Part shown: positions 41,512-52,625 of the stretch, one piece after another
Layout: every line of letters starts with the position of its first letter
How positions within the stretch are numbered: position 1 is the stretch's first letter
Source: an uncultured Chloroflexia bacterium
GTDB lineage: Bacteria; Chloroflexota; UBA6077; JACCZL01
Reading direction: 5' to 3'
DNA: 64,000 nucleotides
Assembly: GCA_963765765.1 (NCBI GenBank)
Contig: CAVXYC010000020.1
Span: forward strand, 736,001 to 800,000
The notes under the pieces: generated by a model
Databases searched by the model: none
What the model saw: the letters and a program-made list of their open reading frames with translations, nothing else
Told to the model about the DNA's origin: nothing
Position numbers and translations under genes: made by a program

Positions 41512-42612
41512 GTGACTCATTCAGCCATCGTCGATGCCGACGGTCACATCATGGAAGTACCAGCCCAGCTGGTGACGCATCTACCACCTATCTATAGAGA
41601 TAGCGGCAACATCCTGCACCTTGGCCGTCTATTCCCGCAGATCGACCATCTTCATTCACATCCAATAGAGACACCATTTAACCCACGCAAGACGCGCCAC
41701 AACGTGGGCGCGGATGAGTGGATCGAGTTCCTGGAAGATGTCGGAATTGAAGCCACTGTGCTCTACCCCAGCGCGGCATTGGCGCAGGGCTGGATGACTG
41801 ACCTGGACTGGTCCGTCGCGCTTTGCCGGGCATACAACGATTGGCTCCACGCCGAATATCTGCAGCGGAGTGAGCGGTTCAAGGGTATCGCCATCATTCC
41901 AATGCAGGACCCTGAGGAGGCCGCCCTCGAGCTGCGTCGCGCCATTGAGCAGCTCGGGATGGTGGGCGCAATGATTCCATCCAATGGATTACCCACGGAG
42001 ATCGGCTCCAAGATTTACTGGCCAATCTACCGAGAAGCCGACCGGCTCGGCTGTGCGCTTGCCGTACACGGCGGAAGCCACCGCGGCTATGGCATGGACC
42101 ATTTCAATAGGTACGCTCCGGCCCACGGCATCGGTCATCCGCTCGGCCAGCTCATTGGCCTGGGAAGCATCGTCTTCAATGGCATCTTCGATAAATTCCC
42201 GAACGCGCGCATCGGGTTCATGGAAGGTGGCGTGGCGTGGTTCCTGATGGCATTGGAGCGATTCGATCGATCACACGAGACACATCAACAGCTCGACCCG
42301 ACTGGCCAGTTCCGTGGTCCCGCCGACGGCGAGAAAGTCTCCGCCTACATCCAGCGGCATATCGATGCCGGCCGACTCTTTATCGGTTGTGAAGGCAGTG
42401 AGTCGCTCATTGGCAAGGCCGTGGAGATGGTCGGCAACAAGCCGTTCATGTTCTCGTCCGACTTCCCACATGAGGTCAACAACCACTTCTGTAAGGAAGA
42501 GATCGAAGAGCTCGAGGAGAATGCCGAGCTCACCGACGCAGATAAGGCCGCGATTCTTGGTGAGAATGCCAGGGCCTTCTATCAGCTCGCGGCAGTACCC
42601 GCGGCGGTGTAG
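41512..42612 (+). CDS. Amidohydrolase family 2 protein
   Basis: VDADGHIME, LYPS, RAYNDWL, AVHG, FMEGGVAW, FSSDFPH. Confidence 0.9.
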   Translation: MTHSAIVDADGHIMEVPAQLVTHLPPIYRDSGNILHLGRLFPQIDHLHSHPIETPFNPRKTRHNVGADEWIEFLEDVGIEATVLYPSAALAQGWMTDLDWSVALCRAYNDWLHAEYLQRSERFKGIAIIPMQDPEEAALELRRAIEQLGMVGAMIPSNGLPTEIGSKIYWPIYREADRLGCALAVHGGSHRGYGMDHFNRYAPAHGIGHPLGQLIGLGSIVFNGIFDKFPNARIGFMEGGVAWFLMALERFDRSHETHQQLDPTGQFRGPADGEKVSAYIQRHIDAGRLFIGCEGSESLIGKAVEMVGNKPFMFSSDFPHEVNNHFCKEEIEELEENAELTDADKAAILGENARAFYQLAAVPAAV

Positions 42613-42649
42613 CTCTAACTGAACGCGGGAATTCGTGGCGTCACCGTGG

Positions 42650-42758
42650 ACATCGGCGTAGTGGCGTCCCTTTACGGGCGCCACCCAGATCTCCTTGCCC
42701 CGAACGCAACTGAGGATGGCTAGGTGGCGCCCGTAAAGGGACGCCACTACGCCGATGT
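42650..42758. repeat. GTAG-type REP doublet (REPIN-like), second GTAG family
   Basis: ACATCGGCGTAGTGGCGTCCCTTTACGGGCGCCACC ... GGTGGCGCCCGTAAAGGGACGCCACTACGCCGATGT. Confidence 0.88.
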
Positions 42759-42801
42759 TCGTGCATTCATCACTCGCCATTCGAAAGCGATATTCAACAT
42801 C

Positions 42802-45115
42802 ATGACAGACGCACCCGCCGCCCCCAGCCCCGAGATCTCCAGCAAGCTCGCCACGCCCGAGATGCGCATCGAGGGACCACTCAAGGTGACGGGCCGCGCC
42901 CGGTACGCCAGTGACGTCTTGCCGGAGGGCACGCTCCACGCGGGCTTCGTACGGAGTCCGCATCCTCACGCGCGCATCCGTTCGATCGATACAAGCGCCG
43001 CGCGAGCACTTCCAGGCGTAGTAACAGTGCTGACCGCCGATGACATTGGTCATCGGCGCTTCGGTCGGACGATCAACGATTGGCCGGTACTGTGCTGGGA
43101 CAAGGTCCACTTTGTGGGCGACCGCGTAGCAATCGTCGCGGCGGAGACACCGGAAGCACTCGGCGAAGCCATCCAGCTCGTGGATGTCGAATATGAGGAG
43201 CTTCAGCCCGTACTGGATCCCCTTTCCGCCCTGGCAGACGATGCGCCAATCATCCATGAAGATTACGACAGCTACCTGACAACCGGACGCGTGCGGCCGC
43301 ATCGTCCGCACCCAAATCTCCACGGCATGAGCGTCATCACCAAAGGCGACCCGGATATCGAACGCGTTATGGCGACAGCCGACCGCGTGATCGAGCACAC
43401 GTTCACGACGCCGCGCCAGCACCAGGGGTACATCGAGCCGCACGTCTCGCTCCTTTGGATCGAGGGCGAGACCGTTCGCATTCTTACGTCGAGTAAGGCG
43501 CCCTTCCGTCTCCGCAACCAGATGTCCACAGTCACCGGCTTACCGGTCGAGCAGATCGACGTGGATAGCTGTTACGTAGGTGGCGATTTTGGAGGCAAGG
43601 GCCTCTCCATGGATGATTTTGCCCTGTATTACGTTGCCCGCGAGACGGGACGGCCAGTTAAGGCCGTCATGTCCTATGGTGAGGAGCTCCAGACATCGGC
43701 GGGACGGCACGGCGCGGTCATTCGACTGCGCACGGGCGTCATGAACGACGGCCGAATCGTTGCCCACGACGCGGACGTGATCTTCGACGGTGGAGCATTC
43801 GCGGCGGGTAAACAGGCAGAAGACGGCGTGCTGGCATCAGGCGCCAAGACGATGGGGCCGTACAACATCCCGTGCACGCGCATAACGCTGAAGACCGCGT
43901 ACACAAATACGGTGGCAGGCGGGACATATGCGGGTGCCCGGCGAGTGCCAGGCCGTCTTTCCCGGCGAATCGCATGTCGATTTGATAGCCCAGGAGCTGG
44001 GAATCGATCCACTTCAGTTCAGGCTGATCAACGCGATCCGAGATGGCCAGTCTGGCCCGGCCAACGAGGTGGCCCGCGCTCCCAAAGCCGTAGAGATCCT
44101 GGAAACCATCAGCCGTGAGCTTGGCTGGGGACGAGAACCGCTTCGCAAACATCATGGCCGTGGACTTGCACTGGGCTACGGACACACCGGAGAGGGCACA
44201 ACGAGCATGGTGTTCGCCCTCAGGCCGGGCGGCTACGTGGAGGTGCTCACCGCCGTGCCCGATCAAGGAAGCGGCGGTCATACAGTCATTCGTCGCGTTT
44301 CGTCAGCCGTGATGTCCGTTGATCCTGAGCGAATCGTGGTGCGACACGGAACAACGTCGCAAGCGCCACTGGATCCCGGCGCGGGAGCGAGCCGGGTAAC
44401 GCACATCGTGGGGCAGGCGTCCATGCGTGGGGCAACGGAGCTGAAAAGCAAGCTGGAAGAGCTGGCCGCTGAAGTAATGGGGTGGCCCTCTAGCAAGGTG
44501 CGCATCGAGAACGATCGATTCGTCGTGGATGATGGCCGGTCAGAAGGCGCAGCATTCCAGGAAGTGACCGATCGAATCCTGAAAAGTGGGTCGGTGGGGA
44601 TCACCGGGGAGTACGGCTCCGCACACGCGCACACCGATCCGTCGGATTACAGCTTCTACGGTTATGGTGTGGAGGTTGAGGTGGATCCTGCAACGGGCGC
44701 CGTCACGGTACTGGACGCTCTATTGGTGGCTGATGTCGGCACGATCATCAACCCCACCGCTCACCAGGGTCAGCTTGATGGCGGCTTCATCTACGGCCTG
44801 GGCAACGGCATGATGGAGGATTTGGGATTGCAAGATGGCCGAGTCACCGCCTCCAGCCTTGGCGAGTACAAGCTGCCCACCATCGAGGACCTTCCAAACC
44901 TTAGGACGATTCTTCTTCAGACTCCCGTTGGGCCGGGCCCCTTTGGCTCGAGAATGTCCGGTGAGCTGTCTAGCACGGGCGTGGCGCCGGCCATTGCCAA
45001 CGCCATCGCCGCCGCTTGCGGTGCACGATTGATGCACTTACCACTGACGTCTGAGCAGGTTTACGATGCGATCACTGGTAATCTGAAACCAGATGGCGTC
45101 CGTGGGATCAACTAG
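42802..45115 (+). CDS. Xanthine dehydrogenase family molybdopterin-binding subunit (frameshift ~43925)
   Basis: KVTGRARYASD, RSPHPHARI, HQGYIEPH, VGGDFGGK, DQGSG, GASR, DVGTIINP..GQLDGG. Confidence 0.9.
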
Positions 45116-45495
45116 CCAGACGGAGCAATCACGTGAGGTGAACTGACCTGAGCATCCTGAATCGAATTGGAGACAGGCACAACCGCGTTTGTTGTCTGTT
45201 GATCGCGGTCGTGCCGGGTGAATGCGCTGCCAGGAATCCTTCCAGCACCGAGAGTAGCACGATGATGCCAACAGTAATCCGCCAACCCACCGGTACGCGG
45301 GAAATGCGGCTGCGCGTCGCTTGAGTCAAACTCGCCGGATGCGGAGCTTGATGGCTTGTAACAATACGGATGGGACGTTTGCGCCCTTCCAGATGCGGCA
45401 GTTCACGAAGGAAGACGTTTCCAAGCCACCGGCCCTCCCTGCCGCAGGGAGAGGGGGTGGGGTCGTTCCTTTGCCCCTCGGACCTCGATCGCCCT

Positions 45496-45849
45496 CTAAT
45501 GAGCGGCTGGGGTACTCACCGCCGGCGCGGCCGCATTCGAATTTAACGATCGTGGCGCGGGATTCGGCGAATGGTTGGAAAGGTATGTATTAAGGATTCC
45601 GAGCAGGAGCATTCCGGCCGCTAGCAGCCGCCATTTCCAGGGGAATCGGCCGAGCTTTGGCTTGCTCATGTCGATAACCTGCACTTGATCACTAGCATGG
45701 AAAGACTCTTCCGATTCAGAAACCAGACTCTCTGGATACCGTCCGCGCGCGATGGCGCGAAGGTCCCGGGCGGGAAGCGGTCCCCATGCGGTGAGCTCGC
45801 TTTTTCCGAGGACGTGCTCACCCGACGTCGGTCGCATTCTCATATTCAA
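45496..45849 (-). CDS. Hypothetical protein with one TM segment
   Basis: 117-aa ORF with hydrophobic WRLLAAGMLLLGIL; no family recognised. Confidence 0.4.
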   Translation of the reverse strand: MNMRMRPTSGEHVLGKSELTAWGPLPARDLRAIARGRYPESLVSESEESFHASDQVQVIDMSKPKLGRFPWKWRLLAAGMLLLGILNTYLSNHSPNPAPRSLNSNAAAPAVSTPAAH

Positions 45850-46010
45850 ATCCTATCGCTCACGCCGACGAGCAGATTGACAGGCGTCTGAACACTATCT
45901 GAAAGTTATCTGAATCTTCGCCGCTCCCAGCCAGGGGCGGCGAGATTCAGGCGTTCAAAGCCTTCATAGAGGTTGCCAGTAGGACAATTGACGGTGCGAC
46001 TTGGAGATGA

Positions 46011-47272
46011 CTACCGCCGAATCATCTCCAGCCCAGACCACACATCCTTCGGATATTCCACCTGGTGCTGCATCATCAGCTCCTTGCGCTGGGCGGAGGA
46101 GTCGACGATACCCAGGACCACTTCGGTGGTGGCCTTGCCCCAGCGGCCGTCATGGGCCGCGAGAGGACGGTCATTGGCCCAGGCGTCGTACATAAGCTCG
46201 ATCTCAGTGGCGGTGTAGCGGTTGGTGAAATGCTCACCAGCGGGTACGTCGATCTCATGACGCCCGTTCTCGTCGTAGAGATAGAGACCGGTGGGAGACT
46301 GGCGAATGTCGCCCTTCTCGCAGCTCACCACAGTGATGCCGAAAAAGGCATGGCGCTTGTCCGGTCCCGCGCCGACTTGAAGGCCCGGGCCGCTGCGTTC
46401 GCCGCCGTAGCGGGTTGAATTCTTATACGCGATCTCTTCCTCGCGGCTTTTGAACTCCTTGATCCGCTGGCGCGTCTTAGCGTTGGTATTCGGGTCTTGC
46501 GGGTTGCCTTGCAGCCCAATACCCCAGTGCAGCTCAGTGGTATCGAAGTAGCCGTAGGCGTTGTACGCGAGCGTTGCCGAAGCCCGATTCTCGAACTCAA
46601 GGTAGGCCGTGTAGCTTCCCTCCACAGGTCGGTTGCGGTCGGCGATGGTGGTCACGGCCTTCACACTGCGCACGAGACCGCCGCCCAGCATTCGAGCGAT
46701 CTCTACCTGTACCGGCCCCGGCGCCGAACCAGGCCCTCACCCATGCTGATATCCAGCTCGATCTCCCCGCGTGGACGATAGAGCCAGTCGCTATAGAACC
46801 ACGTATTCACCATGAGCGGCGCGCCCAGCTCACCGCTATTGACGATGTGCGCCATGGCTCGGATGGGCGCATCCATAGCCTGAGAATGCCCGGTGATCAA
46901 GCGGACGCCATTGCGCTCGGCGGCTTCGATCATGCGATCGCACTCTTCCAGACTGAGCGCCATGGGCTTATCGCAGAAGACTTGCTTTCCATGGTTGGCT
47001 GCGATGACGGCGTGCTCAGCATGTAGATGGTTGGGTGTCAGGATGTACACCGCATCGACGTTGGGGCTCTCGCACATGGATGCGACGGAGCGATATGTCT
47101 CGCCCCCGAATTCACTACTGAACTTGTCCAGTGCTTCCTGACGCAGGTCCGCCGCGGCGGTGATCTGTATTCCAGGATGAGCGTGAAGCTCGGGCAAGGC
47201 GTTGGGTACGGCCGTACCAAGTCCAGCCATGCCAACTCGGAGAATCGGCATTTGCTTACCGTTTGCGGTCAT
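46011..47272 (-). CDS. Gfo/Idh/MocA oxidoreductase, dihydrodiol dehydrogenase-like (third paralogue; frameshift ~46700)
   Basis: LRVGMAGLG, GKQVFCDKPMA, YSDWLYRPR..ELD, MLGGGLVRSV, HDGRWGKATTEV. Confidence 0.87.
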
Positions 47273-47354
47273 GGTTGTTACTCACGCTCGAGCAGATTGC
47301 CCAGAGTGTAGCGCAGGCCACTCGACTAGGTCTCATGAACAGGACGCGCGGCTC

Positions 47355-48116
47355 CTATTTCACAAAGAAGCTGCTCGTGGCTTTGCCTGTTCCGCCATCG
47401 GGAGCCAGGGCCGTGACACGCACGGTGGTGGTACCGCGATACTTGCGCATGGACCATTCGTGGTGCGATCGGCCATTGACATTGGTTAAGGTCGCTTCGC
47501 GCTCAACCTCAGGGTCCTCGTCCTCCACAATGAATCGCACGAGCACGTCCTGAACTGGCTGGGAGTTGCGTGTGACTTCGACAAGTATCTCCTGTCTGTC
47601 CCGCCGATCGAGCTCCGGCATTTTGAACCGCACCTCGACCGTGAGCGGCAAACCGGGTTCGGCCTCCGCCTCGAGCGGTGGCGTTCGTCTGGGGGTGGGC
47701 GTGGCCGTTGGCAGCGCGAGCTCCGGACTCTCCAGCGCCACATTGCGCACTGGGGTAGCCGTGGGCGTAGCAACGGCGACCGTTTCCCTCGTCAAATATT
47801 CGGCGGCCAGCCAACCCACTCGCCCCTGAGCATCGCGCACGGGCAGCCATGACCGGTCCGTGGCCTGCTCTGGTCCAATGATGACAACCACGGCGCCCTC
47901 TGGCTCAACAGCGATCATACTGGCCGTTCGACTGGCTTCGGCGCGCAGGATCAGGCCGTCAGGGCCAGTACCAGTAACACGCGCATTCTGTGCGGGCTGT
48001 GCGAAAGCACTAAACGCTGGAACACTGAGCAGACAGGCGATAACGATGCCCATGAGGCTGAAACGTGCCCAAGAAGCCCAGGTCAACACAGCTCTCCCAC
48101 CACGTAGCCCTCCCAT
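47355..48116 (-). CDS. Secreted SH3-domain protein with C-terminal beta-sandwich
   Basis: Signal peptide, VTGTGPDGLILR..WLPVRD..GRVGWLAAEYL, PT linker. Confidence 0.75.
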   Translation of the reverse strand: MGGLRGGRAVLTWASWARFSLMGIVIACLLSVPAFSAFAQPAQNARVTGTGPDGLILRAEASRTASMIAVEPEGAVVVIIGPEQATDRSWLPVRDAQGRVGWLAAEYLTRETVAVATPTATPVRNVALESPELALPTATPTPRRTPPLEAEAEPGLPLTVEVRFKMPELDRRDRQEILVEVTRNSQPVQDVLVRFIVEDEDPEVEREATLTNVNGRSHHEWSMRKYRGTTTVRVTALAPDGGTGKATSSFFVK

Positions 48117-48246
48117 CTCACGCGCCGTGAGATGTTGAAGCCGTCCAAGTTTTGTCGAAATGGTCTCGACCTACGGTCATGCTAGGGTAGCCACAATATA
48201 TTGAGACGTCATTGTAGCTTCCGTGAACGAATCTGTGAGGTGCCGG

Positions 48247-49161
48247 ATGCGCGTATTGATAACCGGAGGATCGGGCTTCATTGGCAAGCGCCTGTGTCGA
48301 GCCCTTCTGGACCGCGGCCACGATCTTACTGTGCTCACTCGGAACGCGGACTCTGCGCGAGAAGCGCTTCCTAGCTCTGTTCAAGTACAGGTATGGAATC
48401 CAGACCAGTCGGATCCCAAGCTAACGCTTCCTGTAGGGATAGATGGGGTCGTTAACCTCGCCGGCGAATCGATTGCTGGCGGCCGCTGGACCGAGGAGCG
48501 CAAGGCCAGGATTCGGAGCTCTCGAATGCGAGCAACGAACGCACTAGTTGCCGCCATGCGTGACTCTGACCCGCGGCCGTCAGTGCTGGTCAATGCCTCC
48601 GCGGTGGGCTATTACGGATCCAGGGGAGATGAGCCGCTCTCCGAGGACGCGTCGCCAGGTCGCGGCTTTCTGACCGACGTGGTTCTGGAGTGGGAGCAAA
48701 GCGCGCTCGCCGCGGAACCGCTGGGGGTACGAGTGGTGTTGTTGCGCATTGGTGTGGTGCTCGGTAGAGACGGTGGTGCGCTTCCGCAGATGTCGATGCC
48801 GTTCAGGCTGTTTGTCGGTGGCCCCGTCGCATCGGGAAAGCAGTGGCTCTCCTGGATTCATGTGGACGACGTCGTAGGCATGATTGTGTGGGCGCTGGAA
48901 AACTCCCGCGTGTCCGGTCCCATCAACGCCGTTGCACCAGAGCCGCTGACCAACGCCAACTTCAGCAGGGGAATAGGTCGGACTCTTGGAAAGCCGAGCT
49001 GGTTACCGGCGCCGGCATTCGCGCTCAACGCGTTGTTTGGAGAGATGGCTGACGCCTTGCTCGTGAATGGACAACGAGTGATTCCGAAGCGAGCCCAAGA
49101 GCTTGGCTACGCCTTTCACTATCCCAGTGCGCGGGCCGCTCTCCGTGAAGCGCTCGGCTAG
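48247..49161 (+). CDS. TIGR01777-family NAD-dependent epimerase/oxidoreductase
   Basis: [46 protein letters not shown]. Confidence 0.92.
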   Translation: MRVLITGGSGFIGKRLCRALLDRGHDLTVLTRNADSAREALPSSVQVQVWNPDQSDPKLTLPVGIDGVVNLAGESIAGGRWTEERKARIRSSRMRATNALVAAMRDSDPRPSVLVNASAVGYYGSRGDEPLSEDASPGRGFLTDVVLEWEQSALAAEPLGVRVVLLRIGVVLGRDGGALPQMSMPFRLFVGGPVASGKQWLSWIHVDDVVGMIVWALENSRVSGPINAVAPEPLTNANFSRGIGRTLGKPSWLPAPAFALNALFGEMADALLVNGQRVIPKRAQELGYAFHYPSARAALREALG

Positions 49162-49318
49162 AAATCTCCACCGGAATGACACCCTAATTGAGCGGGGTGC
49201 CGGGGACGGGATATGCAGGCAATACGGCACATTTCTTGCACGCGGCGAACAAGGCTTCACACGCCGGGAACCATACGTCCCCTCCCCGCGTTATAAAGTT
49301 CGAACGGTGGGGGGAACT

Positions 49319-50365
49319 ATGAAAAACCAGCACCAAGCAAAGAACACAAGCATGATTTCCGAGAGTGTGTCGCCAGTCTCCGAGGAGAACGAGATGCCCC
49401 TACTGGTTGACGACCTCGAGGTTCCGCGAGAACCAACGCACGAACCGACTTCTGAGACCGCTCAGGAGTCGCTGCCGCTCTATTTGCAGGAAATCGGCCG
49501 AGTGGCCCTGCTGACTGGAGCGGAAGAAGTGACGTTGGCCAAGGCCATCGAGGCCGGAAACTTTGCTGCCGAAAAGCTTCAGAATCGAGACGAGCTAAGC
49601 GAAGAAGAAACGCATGCGCTGGAGGTGGAGGTCCGCCTCGGACAACGAGCTCGTCGGCAGCTTATTGAAGCGAACCTGCGTCTCGTCGTCAGCGTAGCTC
49701 GCCGTTATGCCAATCGCGGTATGCCCATCGCAGACCTTATCCAGGCGGGCAATATTGGACTCCTGCGCGCTGTCGAGAAATTCGACTATCAACGGGGCTT
49801 CAAGTTCAGTACATACGCAACGTGGTGGATTCGCCAGGCAATCACTCGGACAATAGCTGATCACGCTCGAACCATCCGCATACCAGTGCACATGGTCGAG
49901 ACGATCAACCGGATGGTTCGAGCACTGGGCCGACTCCAGCAGGAGTACGGCCGCGAGCCCACGGCCGAAGAGATCGGTCGCGAGCTTGAGATGACGGCGG
50001 ATCGCGTACGCGAGATTAGTCGCGCCCTTCCCTCACCGATGTCGCTGGACACCATGGTAGGCGAGGACCAGGACTCCGTGCTGTCAGACTTTATTGAGGA
50101 TCCGGACGCGCCCGACCTTGACGACGCGGCCGGACGGGCCCTGCTCAAGGAGCAGGTTCGCCTGGCTCTGGATTCGCTGACGCCGCGAGAGCGACGCGTC
50201 CTCGAGCTCCGCTTCGGTCTCGATCGCACCGAGAGCCTGACTCTTTCAGAGATCGGTGATGCGCTGGGGGTCACCCGAGAGAGGATTCGCCAGATCGAAG
50301 CCACGGCACTGAGGAAGTTGCGGCATCCGTCGCGATCCAGAAAACTGCGGGAGTTCGCCGGGTAG
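49319..50365 (+). CDS. RpoD/SigA-family sigma-70 factor (probably a group-2-like paralogue)
   Basis: [70 protein letters not shown]. Confidence 0.92.
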   Translation: MKNQHQAKNTSMISESVSPVSEENEMPLLVDDLEVPREPTHEPTSETAQESLPLYLQEIGRVALLTGAEEVTLAKAIEAGNFAAEKLQNRDELSEEETHALEVEVRLGQRARRQLIEANLRLVVSVARRYANRGMPIADLIQAGNIGLLRAVEKFDYQRGFKFSTYATWWIRQAITRTIADHARTIRIPVHMVETINRMVRALGRLQQEYGREPTAEEIGRELEMTADRVREISRALPSPMSLDTMVGEDQDSVLSDFIEDPDAPDLDDAAGRALLKEQVRLALDSLTPRERRVLELRFGLDRTESLTLSEIGDALGVTRERIRQIEATALRKLRHPSRSRKLREFAG

Positions 50366-50385
50366 GACTCGTTCGGTCAGGCTAC

Positions 50386-50416
50386 AAAGCCCCGGTCTTC
50401 CTGGATCGGGGCTTTT
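50386..50416. terminator. Bidirectional intrinsic terminator
   Basis: AAAGCCCCGGTC-loop-GATCGGGGCTTTT between convergent genes. Confidence 0.75.
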
Positions 50417-50469
50417 GCATTTTGAAGCCGGGCCTCGCTGTGGAGCGAGGCGGTCACGGCTTCCGCAAT

Positions 50470-52227
50470 CTAACTCGTGACGTATTCCCCAATCCCAAGG
50501 CGATCCAGGGTCTGTGGGAGCGGGGTTCCAGTTGAAGCATCCCATCCGCGCTCCGTGTAATAGCCGGTAACCACGGCTCGCACGCCTTCCACGGTCAGCG
50601 GCTTGTCCGCGAAAGGGCCTTTCTTCAACGGCTCCAAAAACCGCTTCGGAAGCTTGTCGTCAGCATCCGTGAATCCACAGCGCTGATTGAAGAGGCGAGC
50701 CATACTCACGCCACGTTCGAACACTTCGTTCAGCTCAGCGTCGGTCATGCCCCAGCCGGTGACCGCATTGACGATGTCCAGCGTTGTCGGGTCATCGTAG
50801 GCCAGGAACTGACAGATCCCTACGGTATTCCGAAGTGACGTGCGAGCGTGCGCGCCGCCGGTGTGGTCGCCACCCGTGGGGTTGACTGGATAGTTTGCAA
50901 GCATTCGATCCATGGCCCGCGGGTCGTGCATCGCTACCTCAAGACCGCGAACGTGGACCACGTACTGCTCGGTATCTCGGCCGATCGCACGCGCAGCGCG
51001 CAGAGCGCCGTCAGCGAGGGTGTTCCCGAATCCCTGACGCTGAGCGATCATGTCAATCAGCGTGTTGAGCAAAGAGCCATCGCCCCACTCCAGCGCCAGG
51101 CCGCCCGTGTCTTCCGTTGTGAGTAGGCCACGCTGATAGCACTCCATAGCCCACGCGATGCTGGCGCCGGTAGACACGCTATCGAGTCCCCACCAGTTAA
51201 GAGACTGGTTTGCCTTGCACAGCGCCACGAGATCATCAATTCCGAGATTCGTGCCTGTCGCACCGAGCGTCTCGTACTCGGGGCCGCCGTACTTTGGCTC
51301 CACTTCAACGCCTGCCTTGAGCGCGTCGATACGCACGCGCTTCTTGCACCGCACTGAGCAGGCGTAGCATCCATCCATCTTCTCGCCAAACTCATCCTTG
51401 AGTGTCTTAGCGTCAATGAGCTGCACCGTGTCCATGGAGCCCTCCTGCCAGTTCTTGACCGGCAAATGCCCCTCCAGGTGCTTGCCCACCATAGCCGCGC
51501 CCGTACCCCAGGTATGGAAGTTGTAGTGCTCCTGATCCATGGTGTCCCGCACCCACATAGCCACATCGCGGACGCGGCCAGCGTCGGCCATAGGGACCTG
51601 CTTTTTGCCACGGACCGCAATGGCTTTTAGGTTCTTGGAGCCCATGACGGCGCCCATACCAAGGCGCCCGGCCATTTCATTCAGGTCATGTACGACGAGC
51701 GCGTAACGGACGAGGTTCTCCCCCGCGATTCCGGTCTGCGCAACACGGATCAGGCGATCACCATGATCGGTGCGGATGGCGTCTTCAACATCACCGGTCC
51801 GCTTGCCCCAGAGATGTGCCGCGTCGCGAATCTCCACAGTTGTCTCATCGATCCAGAGATACACAGGCCGCTCCGCGCGTCCCTGGACGATGATTCCGTC
51901 ATAGCCCGCGTGTTTCAGCTCCGCGCCCCAGAACCCGCCGGCCTCGGCCTCGCCAAACCCACCCGTGAGCGGCGATTTCGCGCCGACGCTGTGCCTGCCC
52001 GCCCCAGGCAGCGGCACGCCCGTGACGGGTCCCGCCATGAACATCAGCCGATTGTCAGGATCAAGCCCGTCGACAGAAGCAGGCACTTCTCGCAGCAGAT
52101 AATGAGCAATGAACGAGCGGCCGCCAGCGTGTTTGCGGAAGAACGCTTCACCGGGATGCTCCTCCCAGATTCGTCCATCGGACAGGTCGATCCGCAGGAT
52201 ACGATCCCAGAATCCGTTCGCCATCAT
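50470..52227 (-). CDS. Aldehyde ferredoxin oxidoreductase family (tungstopterin) enzyme
   Basis: KSPLTGG, ELKHAGYDG, GRLGMGAVMGSKNLKAI, CYACSVRC, GPEYET, GLDSVSTG, HDPR. Confidence 0.92.
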   Translation of the reverse strand: MMANGFWDRILRIDLSDGRIWEEHPGEAFFRKHAGGRSFIAHYLLREVPASVDGLDPDNRLMFMAGPVTGVPLPGAGRHSVGAKSPLTGGFGEAEAGGFWGAELKHAGYDGIIVQGRAERPVYLWIDETTVEIRDAAHLWGKRTGDVEDAIRTDHGDRLIRVAQTGIAGENLVRYALVVHDLNEMAGRLGMGAVMGSKNLKAIAVRGKKQVPMADAGRVRDVAMWVRDTMDQEHYNFHTWGTGAAMVGKHLEGHLPVKNWQEGSMDTVQLIDAKTLKDEFGEKMDGCYACSVRCKKRVRIDALKAGVEVEPKYGGPEYETLGATGTNLGIDDLVALCKANQSLNWWGLDSVSTGASIAWAMECYQRGLLTTEDTGGLALEWGDGSLLNTLIDMIAQRQGFGNTLADGALRAARAIGRDTEQYVVHVRGLEVAMHDPRAMDRMLANYPVNPTGGDHTGGAHARTSLRNTVGICQFLAYDDPTTLDIVNAVTGWGMTDAELNEVFERGVSMARLFNQRCGFTDADDKLPKRFLEPLKKGPFADKPLTVEGVRAVVTGYYTERGWDASTGTPLPQTLDRLGIGEYVTS

Positions 52228-52460
52228 CCGCCCTCCATGGGTGTCACCAGAACCAGCTCAGCGCCCTCGTGCAGCGGCGTATCCGGAGTAGCGTACTCGC
52301 CATCAAGGCCAACGATCAATTGACCGTGACCTTCGACCTCGAGCAGGCGCAGAGCATCGCCTACGTTCGCATCATCCGCGAGCCCAATCCAGAGCGTATC
52401 GCCACCGTCAGGAAGGAGACGGTGACGTAGCTCTGCATAGGGAACGATTCGAACGCGCAA
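52224..52460 (-). CDS. MoaD/ThiS-family sulfur carrier
   Basis: Ubiquitin-like size, C-terminal PMEGG; overlaps the AOR start. Confidence 0.85.
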   Translation of the reverse strand: MRVRIVPYAELRHRLLPDGGDTLWIGLADDANVGDALRLLEVEGHGQLIVGLDGEYATPDTPLHEGAELVLVTPMEGG

Positions 52461-52625
52461 CCTTCATGCTCCAAACAGCGAACAGGTTCAGCAAGACTCC
52501 CGAAGAGCATAACAACATCAAGATCGCGCACGTCGCTCGAGCGCTTCTATGCCGCACAGCCGAACGCATCGCGGGTGCGCGGCGTACAATCAAGCGCTCA
52601 ATCTGACGCTTCGGGAGCAAACACG

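Noticed and set aside
42271-43443. 390-aa minus-strand ORF and other long antisense ORFs
   Set aside because: Shadow ORFs opposite well-supported genes in GC-rich DNA, with no motifs
45129-45480. 66-aa ORF and a CCCTCCC..GGGAGAGGG hairpin
   Set aside because: Weak coding evidence and a single short hairpin; not enough to call
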